Positions 25,289 through 38,500 of a stretch of 64,000 nt of DNA are shown here, piece after piece (positions within the stretch are counted from its first letter, which is position 1; every line of letters begins with the position of its first letter). Source of the DNA: Phaeosaccion multiseriatum (lineage: Eukaryota > Protista > Ochrophyta, other classes). Position numbers and translations under genes: made by a program. The notes below the pieces were generated by a model, which searched no databases, was not told the DNA's origin, and saw only the letters and a program-made list of their open reading frames with translations. The DNA lies in assembly GCA_965112735.1 (NCBI GenBank), contig OZ218957.1, positions 496,001-560,000 on the forward strand, read 5' to 3'.

Positions 25289-26608
25289 GCTCGGCCACGC
25301 ATCCCGAGAACCCCCGACGCCTCTGCCCACAGACACGCCGCCGGAGACGGTGCCCTGCCCCCCTGGGGAGGAGGAGGAGAGGCAAGCGAAGACTCAGACG
25401 GGGTGAGTGAGGCCTTCATTTTCTATTAATTGAAAAAAAACAGAGGCATATGGGCCCACCGGAGAGGAAGGGCCTCCAGCACGTTCGAGGGGCCGACATC
25501 AGCCACTCCTGGTGGCCTGTCTCGACTCGGAGCCTTAACCCTGAGGCCTCATCCCTCAGCCCTCACTAATCCCCTCATCCGTCCACTGCCATCCCGCTCC
25601 TTCCATATGCCTCCATGCTTTCCTGGTGTTCTCTCTCTACTGTCCATCCTTCTTCCGCGGCCCTCCACCCCTATTTCTTTCCCCCCGTCCCTCACTCACT
25701 TCACTCGCTCCCTCCCTCCATCCCTCTCTTCCTCCCTCCCTCCCTCCCTCCTTCCCTCCCTCCCTCCCTCCCTCCCTCCCTCCCTCCCTCCCTCCCTCCC
25801 TCCCTCCCTCGCTCCCTCCCTCCCTCCCTCCCTCCCTCCCTCCCTCCCTCCCTCCCTCCCTCCCTCCCTCCCTCCCTCCCTCCCTCCCTCCCTCCCTCCC
25901 TCCCTCCCTCCCTCCATCCCTCTCTCCCTCCCTCCCTCCCTCCCTCCCTCCCTCCCTCCCTCCCTCCCTCCCTCCCTCCCTCCCTCCCTCCCTCCCTCCC
26001 TCCCTCCCTCCCTCCCTCCCTCCCTCCCTCCCTCCCTCCCTCGCTCGCTCCCTCCCTCCCTCGCTCCCTCCCTCCCTCTCTCCCTCCCTCCGTCCCACGC
26101 ACCCTCCCTCCCTCCCTCCCTCCCTCACTCACTCACTCCCTCCCTCCCTCCCTCCTCCCTCCCTCCCTCCCTCCTTCCCTCCCTCCCTCCTCACAACTGA
26201 CAGATGTTCGACGAAGACCGCATGTTCATTCGTGTCCCCTCCAACGAGCCCGAGGCGGAGGAGCAATCGGGCTCGTCACACCCCAGCAACACAGGCGTCA
26301 CCGCCACCATCCTCCAGGACCAACCGCACCCTGCCGCTGCCACTGCCGCCGCCGAGGGTGCCTTACAATTGGGGGCTGGGACCAAGTCCCAACAAGGCGC
26401 ACCAAAGGGCAATAGCAGCAGCCGGAGCAGCAGCCGCAGTAGCAGCGGCAGTAGCAGCGGCAGCAGCAGCGGCAGTAGCACAGGCAGCGCCTCTGGCTCC
26501 TCTTCCGCGAGTGCTTTCAGTGTCCATGCCGACGAGGAAACCGACGTCGATGGCAATGGTGATGCTGATGATGCCGATGATGGCGATGATGGCGATGCGA
26601 AGAGGTGA
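18837..26608 (+). CDS. ARMC9: LisH domain-containing armadillo-repeat protein ARMC9 (ciliary), multi-exon with low-complexity insertions
   Basis: LisH-like [18 protein letters not shown]; [15 protein letters not shown]; [27 protein letters not shown]; [11 protein letters not shown]; [11 protein letters not shown]; [19 protein letters not shown]; [24 protein letters not shown]. These match the recalled ARMC9 blocks in order. The 3' exons are less certain. Confidence 0.88.
21395..21682. repeat. (CCAC/CCAT)n intronic microsatellite
   Basis: Directly visible. Confidence 0.95.
25700..26190. repeat. (CCCT)n intronic microsatellite, one of many in the window
   Basis: Directly visible. Confidence 0.95.
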
Positions 26609-27089
26609 ATGTGAGAATGTGGAGCTTTGAAGCTGTGAGGATGAGAGACTGACTTTATTTTTTTTAATTGTTCATGGTTTCCCTTGCTCCCTGACTCGTT
26701 GACTTTCTGGCGTGCCTACCGCAAGAGCTACAGCCCCCCCTCCACTGTGAGCAGGCCACTTTTCCTCCGAGTGAACGCCATTGGCGCCCTTGGCAACCCC
26801 ACCCCTACACCCGACAAGAGAGAGAAGCGGCCTCCGGAGGGGAGCCTCTGGCGGGGAGCCTCCGTCCCTGCTCCTCAACCATACAAGCTGCCCCCGGGCC
26901 CGGCCGAACGCACACACGCACACACGCACACACATCCCTGCACGCGAGGGATTCCTCTGTGCTCACTCCCTCTCGCTGTAAGAAGCACTGAAGCACTGCT
27001 CTGGAGCCCTCAGGGTCCCTCAGCGCTCGTCAGCGTCAAGCTGTGAGGGAAGCAGCGGCGTCAGGCATCTCCCCCCTCCCTCGCCGCCG

Positions 27090-27203
27090 CCCTCCAGCCC
27101 ATTAAGTCAATAAAGTCCCTCCAGCCCATTAAGTCAATAAAGTCCCTCCAGCCCATTAAGTTAATAAAGTCCCTCCAGCCCATTAAGTCAATAAAGTCCC
27201 TCC
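27090..27203. repeat. 27-bp tandem repeat x4 containing AATAAA, between convergent gene ends
   Basis: CCCTCCAGCCCATTAAGTCAATAAAGT repeated about 4 times. Confidence 0.9.
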
Positions 27204-27409
27204 ATCCCCCGCCTGTGGGGCTTCTGTACCCTCGCGCTGTGCCTCCTCCTCCTCCTCCTGCTCCTCCTGCTCCTCCTGCTCCTCCTGCTCCTCCTCCTCC
27301 TCCTCCTCCTCCTCCTCCTCCTCGTCCTCCTCCTCCTCCTCCTCCTCCTCCTCCTCCTCCTCCTCCTCCTCCTCCTCCTCCTCCTTCATTCCTCCCTGTC
27401 GTCTTCTCA

Positions 27410-30400
27410 TTAGCCCCGCTTAGTATCGACCTTCTTCTTCTCATTCGCCCGCTGCTCCTTCCTGCAAATAGGGCACCCGACCTTCGGGCAAGAGGGGGGG
27501 AGGAAGCGAGGAGCGAGAGGGGGGAGGAGGGTTTTGGAAAGACGAGGAGGCAGTTTGTTGCAGTTGCTGTTGTTTAGGAGGCATTCGCTCCGAACCCAAA
27601 GGGGCCCACATCGAAAGTGCAAAGTAGTGGGCTAGGGGTATATGATCTGCTGAGTTTGAATATTGGAGGAGGCAATAACGCATTATTGTACACCGCACTA
27701 AAACAAACACCCAAAAGCCAAAAGCCACCCCCACAGCAGCCAAAGAGAAAATCGGTGCGTGCGTGCGTGCTTTGCTTCTTCTTGAGGAAGAGACTTAACA
27801 AAACAACAGATTGGATTCGATCCCCTTACCAAAACAACAGAGTGGATTCGATCCCCTTACCGGCTTGCGCTTTCCCCCCGGCTTCCTCCGGATCATGTTG
27901 GGTGCCGCTCTAAACTCATGTCCTTCCCCGCAACGCCATAAGTGCTTAACACTGCTTCCCTCGTAGGTGGGGGAGACGAACTCCAGGCCGTGGGCAGCGG
28001 CGGTGGCGTGCATGTCTGCGGTAGTGAGGCGTTTGGCCTGGCCACGGCGCTTGGATTCGCACACTGGGGGGAGGGGAGGGGAGGGGAGGGGAGGGGGAGC
28101 GGAGGGGAAGGGAGGGGAGGGGAAGGGAGGGGAGGGGAGGGGAGGGGAGGGGAGGGGAGGGGAGGGGAGGGGAGGGGAGGGGAGGGGAGGGGAGGGGAGG
28201 GGAGGGGAGGGGGGGAAGGGAAGGGAGGGGAGGGGAGGGGAGGGGAGGGGAGGGGAGGGGAGGGGAGGGGAGGGGAGGGGGAGCGGAAGGGAAGGGAAGG
28301 GAGGGGAGGGGAGGGGAAGGGAGGGGAGGGGAGGGGAGGGGAGGGGAGGGGGAGCGGAAGGGAAGGGAGGGGAGGGGAGGGGAGGGGAGGGGAGGGGAGG
28401 GGAGGGGAGGGGAGGGGAGGGGAGGGGAGGGGAGGGGAGGGGAAGGGAGGGGAGGGGAGGGGAGGGGAGGGGAGGGGAGGGGGAGCGGAAGGGAAGGGAA
28501 GGGAGGGGAGGGGAGGGGAGGGGAAGGGAGGGGAGGGGAGGGGAGGGGAGGGGAGGGGAGGGGGAGCGGAAGGGAAGGGAGGGGAGGGGAGGGGAGGGGA
28601 GGGGAGGGGAGGGGAGGGGAGGGGGAGCGGAAGGGAAGGGAGGGGAGGGGAGGGGAAGGGAGGGAAGGAGAAGGGGGGCGGGGGGGTTGGGGGGGGTGCA
28701 GGAGGCGCAACGACACGAATCACCCCACTCCTTGGCGAGGCCTTCCTCTTGCTCGTTGGTATCAGAGCAGGGGTCCGGCAGTGCTCTCCGCCCACATACA
28801 CACATACAGGAAACACGTCTGAAGCTCGCAAAAAGGGCTCACAAAGAGGGCTCACTCACCTTCGCACCACGAGTTCTGTTAAGGGAGAATGGGGCGGAGA
28901 GGGAGAGAGAGAGAGAGAGAGGCGAGTCAAAATGTATCGAACACAGCGAGAGATTATCGAACACAGCGAGAGATTATCGAACACAGCGAGGTTTGGTTTT
29001 AAGGTCAAGGTCGATGCTACAGCACACACACTGCCACGAAGAGAGTCACGGCGTGGCGAAGACAGGGGGGGGGGGGGGGGAGTTAGCTTGGGCGGCAAAA
29101 AGTCGGCAGGAGTAGGTAGGTGTACAACCCCCCCCCCCAAGTAGGTGCACAAACCCCCCCCCAAAGTAGGCATATCATAAGCCGGGTGGGTGTATATATA
29201 TATACCGTTGCATAAGAGAAAGTAACCTTCCTTACAGCCTCTCTCTCTCTCTCTCTTGTCTCTCCCCCTCTCTCTCGCTTCTCTCTCCTTGCTTTCCCTC
29301 TCCCTCTCTCTCGCTTCTCCCTCCTTGCTTTCCCTCTGCCTCTATCTCTCTCCCTCTCTCTCGCTTCTCTCTCCTTTCTTTCCGTCTCCCTCTCTCTCCC
29401 CCTCCCTCCTTCTCCCTCTCTCTCCCTCCCTCTGTCCCTCCCTCTGTCTCTCCCTCTCTTTCTCTCCCTCCTCTCTCCCTCTCTTACCTTGGACATAATG
29501 CTGTACGCCACAGGGGAGAAAGAGTGGCCCTCCTTGCACACAATGTCAAGGCGAGAATTGATCCCTTTATACTCGGTGTTCAACAGCACGCCGCCACGCT
29601 TGGCCACCTGCGCCTGAACATCCTCCAATCGAAGCTTTGGGGGCGGAGAGGGGATAGCGTGGATGGACAGGAGGCGAGGAGAGGAGAGGGGAGGCCAAGG
29701 GAGGGAAGGGAAGGGGAGGGGAGGGGAGCGGGGAGAGGGGAGGGGAGGGGAGGGGAGCGAGGAATGGGGAAGCGAGGGAGGGGGTGAGCACAAACAGCAA
29801 AACAGGGCGGACAGAGGAATGAACTTCAGTAGGGGATAAGAGACTCACTTTTCTTGTCTTGGCTCTGGGGAGTACTCCCTTGACGGTGGAGGCGCAGAAG
29901 GGGCAGAAGAAGCACGCCACAGAGCCGCTAGTGGCTTTCCACGTGTGGCCCTTGGGGCATCGAAACTGGAACTCAAACCGAGAGCATGTGGAGTGTGCGG
30001 CCGTGCGTCAGGCAGGATACAATGGCAAGGTCTCTAATTGGGGCAAGTACAGCGGCTTTGGAATACGCGTGAATGTCATACACACACACGCACACTGACA
30101 AACACACGCACACACGCACGCCCAAACACACACACTGACGCACACATGCACACACACGTACGCATACACAAACATAAACCTACACACACACGCACACACA
30201 CACGCACACACACACACGAACACACACACACACACACATACATACACACACACACATGCACACACACACGTACGCATACACACACACACACGCACACACA
30301 CACACACGCACACACACATACACACACGCACACACACACACACGCACGCACACACACACGCACACACACACACGAACACACACACGCACACACACACACG

Positions 30401-31058
30401 AACACACCAGTACCTTGACATACGGGCAGTCGTCTCCGCACTCCAAGCACGGCAGGGGGTGCTCGTGCTGTTTCATCTGCTCCTGCTTCTGGCTGGGCAG
30501 GCTGGTGAAGGAGGGGTCCTTACCCCCCTGGGTAAGGCCTCCTTCTGCCAACAGCGGTGCGCAGCCCAGCGGCCTGGTGCCTGCCGGACGGCATAGCGCC
30601 GAACGAATCAAGGGCTCCCCCTCCCCGATCTTGGGGGGGAAGGACCCGGCGACGCTACCCGGCCCGTCGTCCGCTGTTTCCCCAGTGGACGCGATGGTGT
30701 CCACGGCTTTACTCCGGCTGCTGCCTCCCCCGGCTGCCTTTTCCCCACTGCTCCTCCCCCTTCCACTGCTACTGCGGCTGCTGCTGCTTCTTCCTCTCCC
30801 CCTTCTACTGGTGCTGCTACCTTTCCCCCTCCTATTGCTACTGCTGCCCTTGGGACTGCGAGCTTTTGGCGGTGGCGTGGAGACACGATCGCTGCTGGAA
30901 GCACTACTCCCGCTCTCTTGGGAACGGAGCAGGCTGCATCTACTCCCCCTTCCCTCTGATGTCCATAGACCAGATGGTAGTACTAATGGGCGCACTGAAG
31001 ACCACCCCCAGCACCCTCCCGGCGGAGTGCTGCACACAAGGAGCAGGACGACAGACAT
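27410..31058 (-). CDS. Protein with three C-x3-H...CxxC treble-clef/zinc-ribbon repeats (DUF4379-like), 6 exons including a 16-nt microexon
   Basis: Exons ~31058-30414, 29965-29849, 29634-29488, 28875-28860, 28063-27861, 27481-27410 splice in frame to FRCPKGHTW...[13 protein letters not shown]...[16 protein letters not shown]...VGCPIC. The start codon is uncertain. Confidence 0.8.
28066..28672. repeat. (GGGGA)n polypurine tract in an intron, G-quadruplex-capable
   Basis: About 600 bp of GGGGA/GGGAA units. Confidence 0.95.
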
Positions 31059-31919
31059 AGTCGGCTGAGTCAGCCCCTTCGTTCTTCCTGCGCATCCTTC
31101 TCCTGCTCCTGCTCTCTCGGCCACTCTTGGGCAGCCGGGGGAGGGGCGTTTCCGTCCGTACCTCCTCAGTGAGCTATTCATTTGCACTCGAAACTACATG
31201 TACGGGATGCCCTCTGCAAGGTACTACTACTAGTGATGGGAGAAGGAGAAGGCTATATATTAGAAGGAGCGAGAAGGGGGAACAAGAGAAAAAAGGCGAA
31301 GGGGGGGGGGGAATTGGTTCTCCGCGGAACGGGTCACAGTTGGGCTTTTCGAGCGCAGGGATAGGGGGAGGGGAGGGGAGGAAGAGAGGACAGAGGAGAG
31401 GGGGAGGGGGAGAGGGGAGGAGGAGAGGAGAGCATAAGAAAAAGACAGGAGAAAACGTCGATCTGACTGATGCCGGCGCCAGCCGGCCTGATTTCTGATT
31501 ATGGTCGGCACGGCCGCACAGTCGGCCAGTCTCAATTTCTCGCCCCCTTGCGTGCCCTTACTTGGCCCGGGGGGGGCTGGGACGAAGTATGGGCGACGAT
31601 CGAAGGCCACATGAGCGAAACAGTCGGAGAAGATACTAAATATGAATGAGTGCACAGTGACAACGACTTCCATTCCTTTGTCCTTGTTTTTGCTTCTCCG
31701 AGCGGAGGTGAGAGAGAGGATAGAGAGGGAGAAAGAAGGAGGCGCGTAGCGTAGGGGTAGAGGGCCCTTTAACAACACCATGGCACCCTTCTCTCTCCTG
31801 CTGCGTACAGTACAAGGAAGCGCCCCCTCTCCCTCCTTCGTCCTTTGGCGTGGCTTTTGAACTGTCGATGTTGTTGCTGTTGCTGCTCCCTTTCAGCCCT
31901 TTCTGCCTCCTCCCAAGCC

Positions 31920-32238
31920 CCCTCCTCCTCCTCCTCCTCCTCCTCGCTCCTCCTCCTCCTCCTCCTCATCTCCTCCTCCTCCTCCTCCTCCTCCTCCTCC
32001 TCCTCCTCCTCCTCCTCCTCCTCCTCCTCCTCCTCCTCCTCCTCCTCCTCCTCCTCCTCCTCCTCCTCCTCCTCCTCCTCCTCCTCCTCCTCCTCCTCCT
32101 CCTCCTCCTCCTCCTCCTCCTCCTCCTCCTCCTCCTCCTCCTCCTCCTCCTCCTCCTCCTCCTCCTCCACTTCTCCTTCTCCACCTCCCCCCCCCCCCCC
32201 TCCTCCTCGTCCTCCTCGTCCTCCTCCTCCTCCTCCTA
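31920..32238. repeat. (CCT)n trinucleotide tract directly after the DRC10 stop
   Basis: Directly visible. Confidence 0.95.
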
Positions 32239-32239
32239 G

Positions 32240-33015
32240 CTACTTCTTCTTACCCTTCTTGCCCTTGCCCTTCTTTGCCTTCTTTCGCATCTTTGCCACT
32301 TCCATACGATGCATATTCCCTCGAAACAGGCTCTGAATGGCTGTCGCCGCCCCATCCATTCTCTCTCTGACACTACCAACCTGCCGTCTCACGTCTGACA
32401 GTATAGCCTCCTCCGCATCGAGCTGTGCGTGTGTGGCATCCACTCGGTTGAAGTGCTCCGTAAGTTCTTGAAGTTGATGTAACTCGGCCTCCATCTTGGC
32501 TCGAATATCCTCCATTTGCTGCGTCTTTTCCGTCATGTCTTTGTCGTACCTGGATGAGACAAATCGGAGGGACGGAGGGAGAGGAGTAAGCTACATCCGC
32601 AACTGAAACTGAAAATTTGAAACGTCGCCCGTCACACTGGAACTGCAAACTGACCTGGCCACTGCGTTGCAGAGCTCGGCCTCAGCCTTGGCCTTCTTCT
32701 TGCGGGCGGCAACCTCCTCGTCCCTGTGCTGCTCGCAGAGCTCCCCCACTTCCTTCTTGAGGCGTTCACTCCACTCGCTCAACGCCTTGATCTTCCGGTC
32801 GTTGTCCTCGCTCGCCTTGCTCACCTTTGTTGACATGGACGTGAGGTGGGGGGAGGGAGGTGTGAAAGGTGCGAGCGAGAAGGGTCAGGGACAAAGGACA
32901 AAGGATAAAAGGATCGTAAGAAGGAGGGAGGGGAAGTGGAGGAGGGAGCAAGGAGCACTTGACGCAGCTATCCTCATCACACCCCTCCCCGCCTTCTACT
33001 CCGGGAAGCCCTCTC

Positions 33016-33060
<45 letters not shown>

Positions 33061-33561
33061 CCCACGCTCCTGCCTTTGTGACTCACCGAGTCCTCTGCCT
33101 TGATGCGGATGCCCTCCATCTCCACCACGCTCGTTTGCACCACCTCCTGCAGCTCCGCCTTGGCCTTCCTGATGCTTGTGTCCAGCTGCCCCACGGTCCG
33201 CTCCTTCTCCGTGCGGGTGGCATCGAGGGTCTGATGCAGGGCATCTCTCTCGTTCTCCGCGAGCTTCTCTTTCTCTGTGAGGTCGTGCAAGAGCCTCTTG
33301 TTGGCCACTTCTTCCTCTACGGTGGTGCTGAGGCGTCGATGCATTATGGTTGTGAGGTCGCTAAGATATGTGTTGAATCGAACCTTGTGAGGGATGAGGG
33401 GTGGGGGGTGATGGGGGGGGGTTAGGGGTGGAATGGGACAGAGAGACAGACAGGATAGACAAAGGCTTGTCAGCATGGGCATTGATGGGCCACTGACTTG
33501 TTGTGTTATTGCATTACGGTAGTCTAGGGAGTCGCTGTGTCAGTTCGTGCGTATGTATGTT

Positions 33562-33608
<47 letters not shown>

Positions 33609-34410
33609 GTGTATGTGCGCGCGTGTGTATTTGTGTGCTCCGCTGGTAGACCTTCACCTCCACAAACCGCACCCCCCGTCCCTCTCTCCCTCTCTCCATC
33701 TAGCACCCACCCATCCATCCATCCATCCATCCACCCACCCACCCACCCACCCACGGACCCACTCCTCTTACCTTGCTTTGCGGCCTGGTCTCCTTGCTAT
33801 TATACAGAACCTCCATCGCTGGGGGGTACTTTTTCAGACTCCGACAGAGCACTCGCACGTTATGGTAAATCTGATCCACCGTATCCGAGTTACCGAGCTC
33901 TGTCCCTGCTCCCATCCCCAGTCCCCCATCGCCGGCAGGGCCTCCTGCAACCCCCGGCGCTGTCGCGGCTCCAACAGGCCCCGCTGCCATGCCTGATAGT
34001 ACCACTGTTGCAGCTGCTCCTAATACCCCTGGCCCCCCTGCCCCCGCCGATCCATCTGCTCCTCCTCCTCCTCCTCCTCCTCCTCCTCCTATTCCCCCCT
34101 CTGCCCCACCTGGTGGTAGCCCACCATTGCCGCTGTCCCCTGTGCCTCCCGCTGCTGCTGTACTGCGACCAGAGTTTCCTCCGCCTCCTCTTTGCCGAAT
34201 AGCAATGGCCCCTGTTCTCCTCGCTATTTGCTCCAGTTGCCACTCCGACTGGAGCGCTGCTTTCACTGTGGTGCCTCCGGCCTTTGCCAATCGGTCAAGC
34301 AGCTCCTGTTGGGGCGTCTGGGGAATGTAGGACAGCAGGTTGAGCTTGTCCAAAGTGTCCTCCATCACCGCGATGACCCGCTGGGCTTCCATGTTGGTAA
34401 GCTTATGCAT
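32240..34410 (-). CDS. DRC10: Dynein regulatory complex subunit 10 (IQCD), multi-exon
   Basis: N-terminus [26 protein letters not shown]; [10 protein letters not shown] coiled coil; YDKDMTEK; C-terminal IQ motif [11 protein letters not shown] followed by [14 protein letters not shown], typical of IQCD/DRC10. Confidence 0.87.
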
Positions 34411-34937
34411 GATGACCGCGCTTAGTGTTGGGAGGGGTCTGCGCGTGCGAGCTGAAAGAGTGTGCAAACAAGGAGGCGCCTTACACTAGAGCAAGCGAGG
34501 AGCTTACAGACGGGGATACCAGCCTGTTATTTGATTCCCAGCGTCTCCCCCGCAGGCGAGAAGTGCTTTTTTTGGTAAAAGCTCGGAGTAAGGCAATGAA
34601 TGTAACGGCAAAAAATAACCGCGAAATCCCTCTTCATTTTTTAATTTTTCTTTCTTCTAAACTACTCACTGAATACGATACCTCTCCCTCGAGTTCATCC
34701 CTCCCTCCCTTCCTTCCTTCCTCTCTCCCTCCCCTTCCCTCCCCCCGTCGGTCCTGCCCGCTACGCTGCGCAATGGCATGATGGGGGCTGAAACAGCGAA
34801 CCAATGGCGGGCCCGAATGCTAATGGGGCATCAGCACCCCTCGTCGCACATTAATGGACTCCATTCACAGAGATAAAAAAGCACTTCCAAGAACGAAAAA
34901 ACCTAACTCCCACACCCACACGAGCACACCCACACAC

Positions 34938-34986
<49 letters not shown>

Positions 34987-35591
34987 CAAAAAACACAAAT
35001 TTACGCAAACACACGAGACAGAAAAGGAAGGAGACGCAACCCACACTCAACAGTCACACACACACGCTCCGCGCTCGGTTGGGAACATGCATGCTAGTCC
35101 GAAAGCATTCATTCATCTTGCGAGCAACCCCATAACCTAACCCTCCCCAAGCCGCCCGTGTTGGTGGTACACACGATCATCGCCAAGCACCCGCTCTCGC
35201 CTGCCACCCCTACATTCACAGGCAGCCTTTGACTCGCGCCCCAGGAGCTACATCTCATCATGAGCTGGTTGCGTGACCCTGGCCCGTCAATACCCTCCTC
35301 TCCTCCCCTCTCCTCCCCTCTCCTCCCCTCTCCTCGACTCTCCTCTCCTCGGCTCCACTCGACTCGACTCGAGCGGTCGTCGAACGGTCGTCGAACGGTC
35401 GTCGCAGCAGTCGCATCACACCGGGCTGTCTGGAGCGGCACTCTCCTTTAGCAGCTTCTTGTTTACCTGTTTATTGTCATAGCCAGGCGCATTGGCGGAA
35501 AAATGGGAGTGAGGGAGGCGATCAAATGGTCATTCGTACAGGCAGCAAAATAGAGTAACTAAACCAATCGATGCGCGATGAAGTGAGCTAC

Positions 35592-38500
35592 TCAATGCTC
35601 AAACTCCTGTGAGGCGCCCGTCAACCACCCCCCCCTCTCTCCCTCCCTCCCTCCCTCCCTCCCTCCCTCCCTCCCTCCCTCCCTCCCTCCCTCCCTCCCT
35701 CCCTCCCTCCCTCCCTCCCTCCCTCCCTCCCTCCCTCCCTCACCTTTTCCAGCCTCTTGCGGGCATCGTCGTCGTTCTCGTCCAGTGTGAGGCACATCTC
35801 ATACTCCCCCGCCGCATCTGCAGGCCGACCGAGCTCCTTCTCCAACAAGAAGCCCAAGTTGTAGTGGGCCATCACAAAGTCGGGAGCCGCGGCGATGGCT
35901 GCGCGGTAGGCCTGTGGGCGGGTGGAGATGGCAGTGGATGGGGGGGGGGGGGGGGGGGCAGACGAAAAGAGGGAGGGAGGGAGCCATAGGGGATGGCAGT
36001 GAATGGGGAGTGGAGTGAAGCGGATGGCGGTGGATGGAGAGTGGAAGGAAGTCGAGGCAAAGCTAACAAGCGACCGCAGAGATAGATGGTCGGTCACAAA
36101 GCAAGAAAAGAAGCAAAGCAACATCGCAAGACGACGGTGGGGTGAGGAGCGCCCTCCTTCCCTCCCTCCCTCCCTCCCTCTGTATCACCAACTCCCTCAC
36201 CTTCTCCGCGCCCGCATAATCCTTCCTCTTATGCTGCAGCAGATAGGCGAGCGAGTTGTGCGCAAAAGCCGCCCTCCTGTCGTGCTTAATGGCCTCTCGG
36301 AAGTGATATTCCGCTTCGTCGAGCTTGTTCCTCTCCATAAGCAACATACCGAGGTTGTTGTGAGCCGTCGCGTCTTTGGGGTTCTCATTGACATTCTGGC
36401 GATAGGTGACCTCCTGCTGCCCACCCCCACCCTTCAGGTGAAGCTTAATGTCCCCCAAGAAGATCTTGCCGCTGCCCGGCGATATCTTACCGCTGCCACT
36501 CCCTCCTCCTCCCTCCTCGTCACCAGCATGCCCCTTCTCCTCCTGCTGCTGTTGGTGATCCACAAACGAGGTCAACTTGGCGGTTTTGTTCATCACCTTA
36601 TTCAATCGCTTGGCCGCCTCTGTATCCCCAGGGTCGCACCGCAGCGCCTCTCGGTATTGCTTCTCAGCCCCCGCCCAGTCGCCCTTGTGCTTCTCCATGA
36701 GGTAACCGAGGTTGAAGTAGGCCAGGCCGTCGTCTCTGTCCGCTGCCTGAGCTCGGCGATAGAGACGCTCGGCCTCGACCAGCTCGTGCTTCTCGTGGAG
36801 GAGGAAGTGTCCGTACGAGTTGAGGGCGTACGTGGCTCGAGGGGCGTATTTGACGGCGAGCTTGAAGTGCTCTTCGGCCCCTACGTTGTCCTTGCGGCGG
36901 TCCTAACACATAAAGAAGAGGTGTGGAGGAAGGTGAATGGCAGCAGATGGAGTGAACAGGGGTCAGCAAATGCCATCCGTACGACCGTTCTCATAGTTTT
37001 GGAAGGAAAGCTTACCCACCCCCCAACAACCCTCCCTCACTCACCCACCCACACCCACCCTCACCCACGCACCCACTCCCTCTCAACCCTCCCTCCCTCT
37101 CACCTGGAGCAAGAGCCCGAGATTGTTGTGCGCGACGGGGTCCCTGGGGGCCTCCTCCAGAATCTCTCTGAGCTGCGTCTCCTCACTAGCCGATCCCCTC
37201 TTGGCCCACCAGAGGGGGATGCCAGACAAGGCCGAGGGCAGCGGGGGGCGACGAAGCGAGGAGATCAAGTCGCTCAAGCCGCCCCCGCCCGTCTTGTTTA
37301 CTTCCTTACCACCTTCCACTAGCGTGGTGCTGTCATCTCCTTCCTCCCCGGCCTGTCTGTAGCGGCTCCTCTTCTTGTAGCAGCAGCACAGCAGCAAGAG
37401 CGCCCCGCCACTCAGCGTGCTCATCATGGCAATGAACCCCGACTCGGAAATACCCCAAATCTTGGAGTTTCCGGCGCCGGTATGCAACAACCTCTCGTAG
37501 TGAGAAACTTCAAGTGTCTCCTCGTTGTGGTGCGTCACATACACGTGGTGTGAGTCCGCGGTAATGGCGACGTAGACAGGGTTGACGTCCGTCTCAAAGA
37601 AGTCCACGGTGTAGAGCAGCCCCGTGAGAGGGTCAGGGCGCAACCACACGATGTAGCTATCCATGTTGTCCAACTGTTGGTGGGGGCGAGAAGCGAGGAG
37701 GAGGTGACGAGGGGCGTAAAGTAAGGGGGCGAAGCAAGGGGGCGAAGCAATCCCCGCCCAGAGAGTACCCGCATCATTACTGCTAGCACCACCGCCGCCC
37801 ACACACACGCACACACACGCACGCACACACACGCACACACGCACACACGCACACATACATGCATACACATGCACGCACACACATACGCACACACGTCCGT
37901 ACCACGTAAACGTCACCGGAGCCGTCAGGTGCCACGACAAGGTTCAGCCCCAAGGCCACGTCATTCCCCAGGGGGTTCTGCCCAGGGACGAGCAGTCCGC
38001 TCACGGAGAGTGACCCATCCACCTGGCTTACGGCAAAGGTGGTGACGCCCTCCACACAGGCGTCGAGTCCGTAAGCCCACAGTCCGTCGGTGGAGAACTG
38101 GAGATCCAGCAGGCAAGACACGCCGTCCAGCGCGTTGAAAGCGCCTTGCAGGGCCGAGGACAAGGTCAGAGCTCCCGTCGCACCATCGCGTGCGTAGGTG
38201 TTGATGAGGGCGTTGATTTCGTCGGCCACGTACACGTACTTCCCCGACGGGTGCACTCCAAAGCCCTTGGCGTACACAGGCTGAGAGTCCTCCTCCTGCG
38301 CCGCCCAGCTTGTTGCCTCGCCACTGCCGCTGGTGTCTCGGCTTGTCCACCACGACAGGGCAGTCGCGTTGGTAGTATAGAAGTCCTGTGAGCTGTCGGG
38401 GGAGAACTTCACATGGTCCACCGCGGGGCCGTGGAGGGCGCTGTTGAGAGTGAGGTTGCCATCCGCCTGCACGTCAAACACGCCGACAGTACCCCCCCCG

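Noticed and set aside
25430-29144. Long ORFs of PPSL, GREG, PSPPL and GEGRG repeats
   Set aside because: Translations of intronic microsatellites that are open in many frames.
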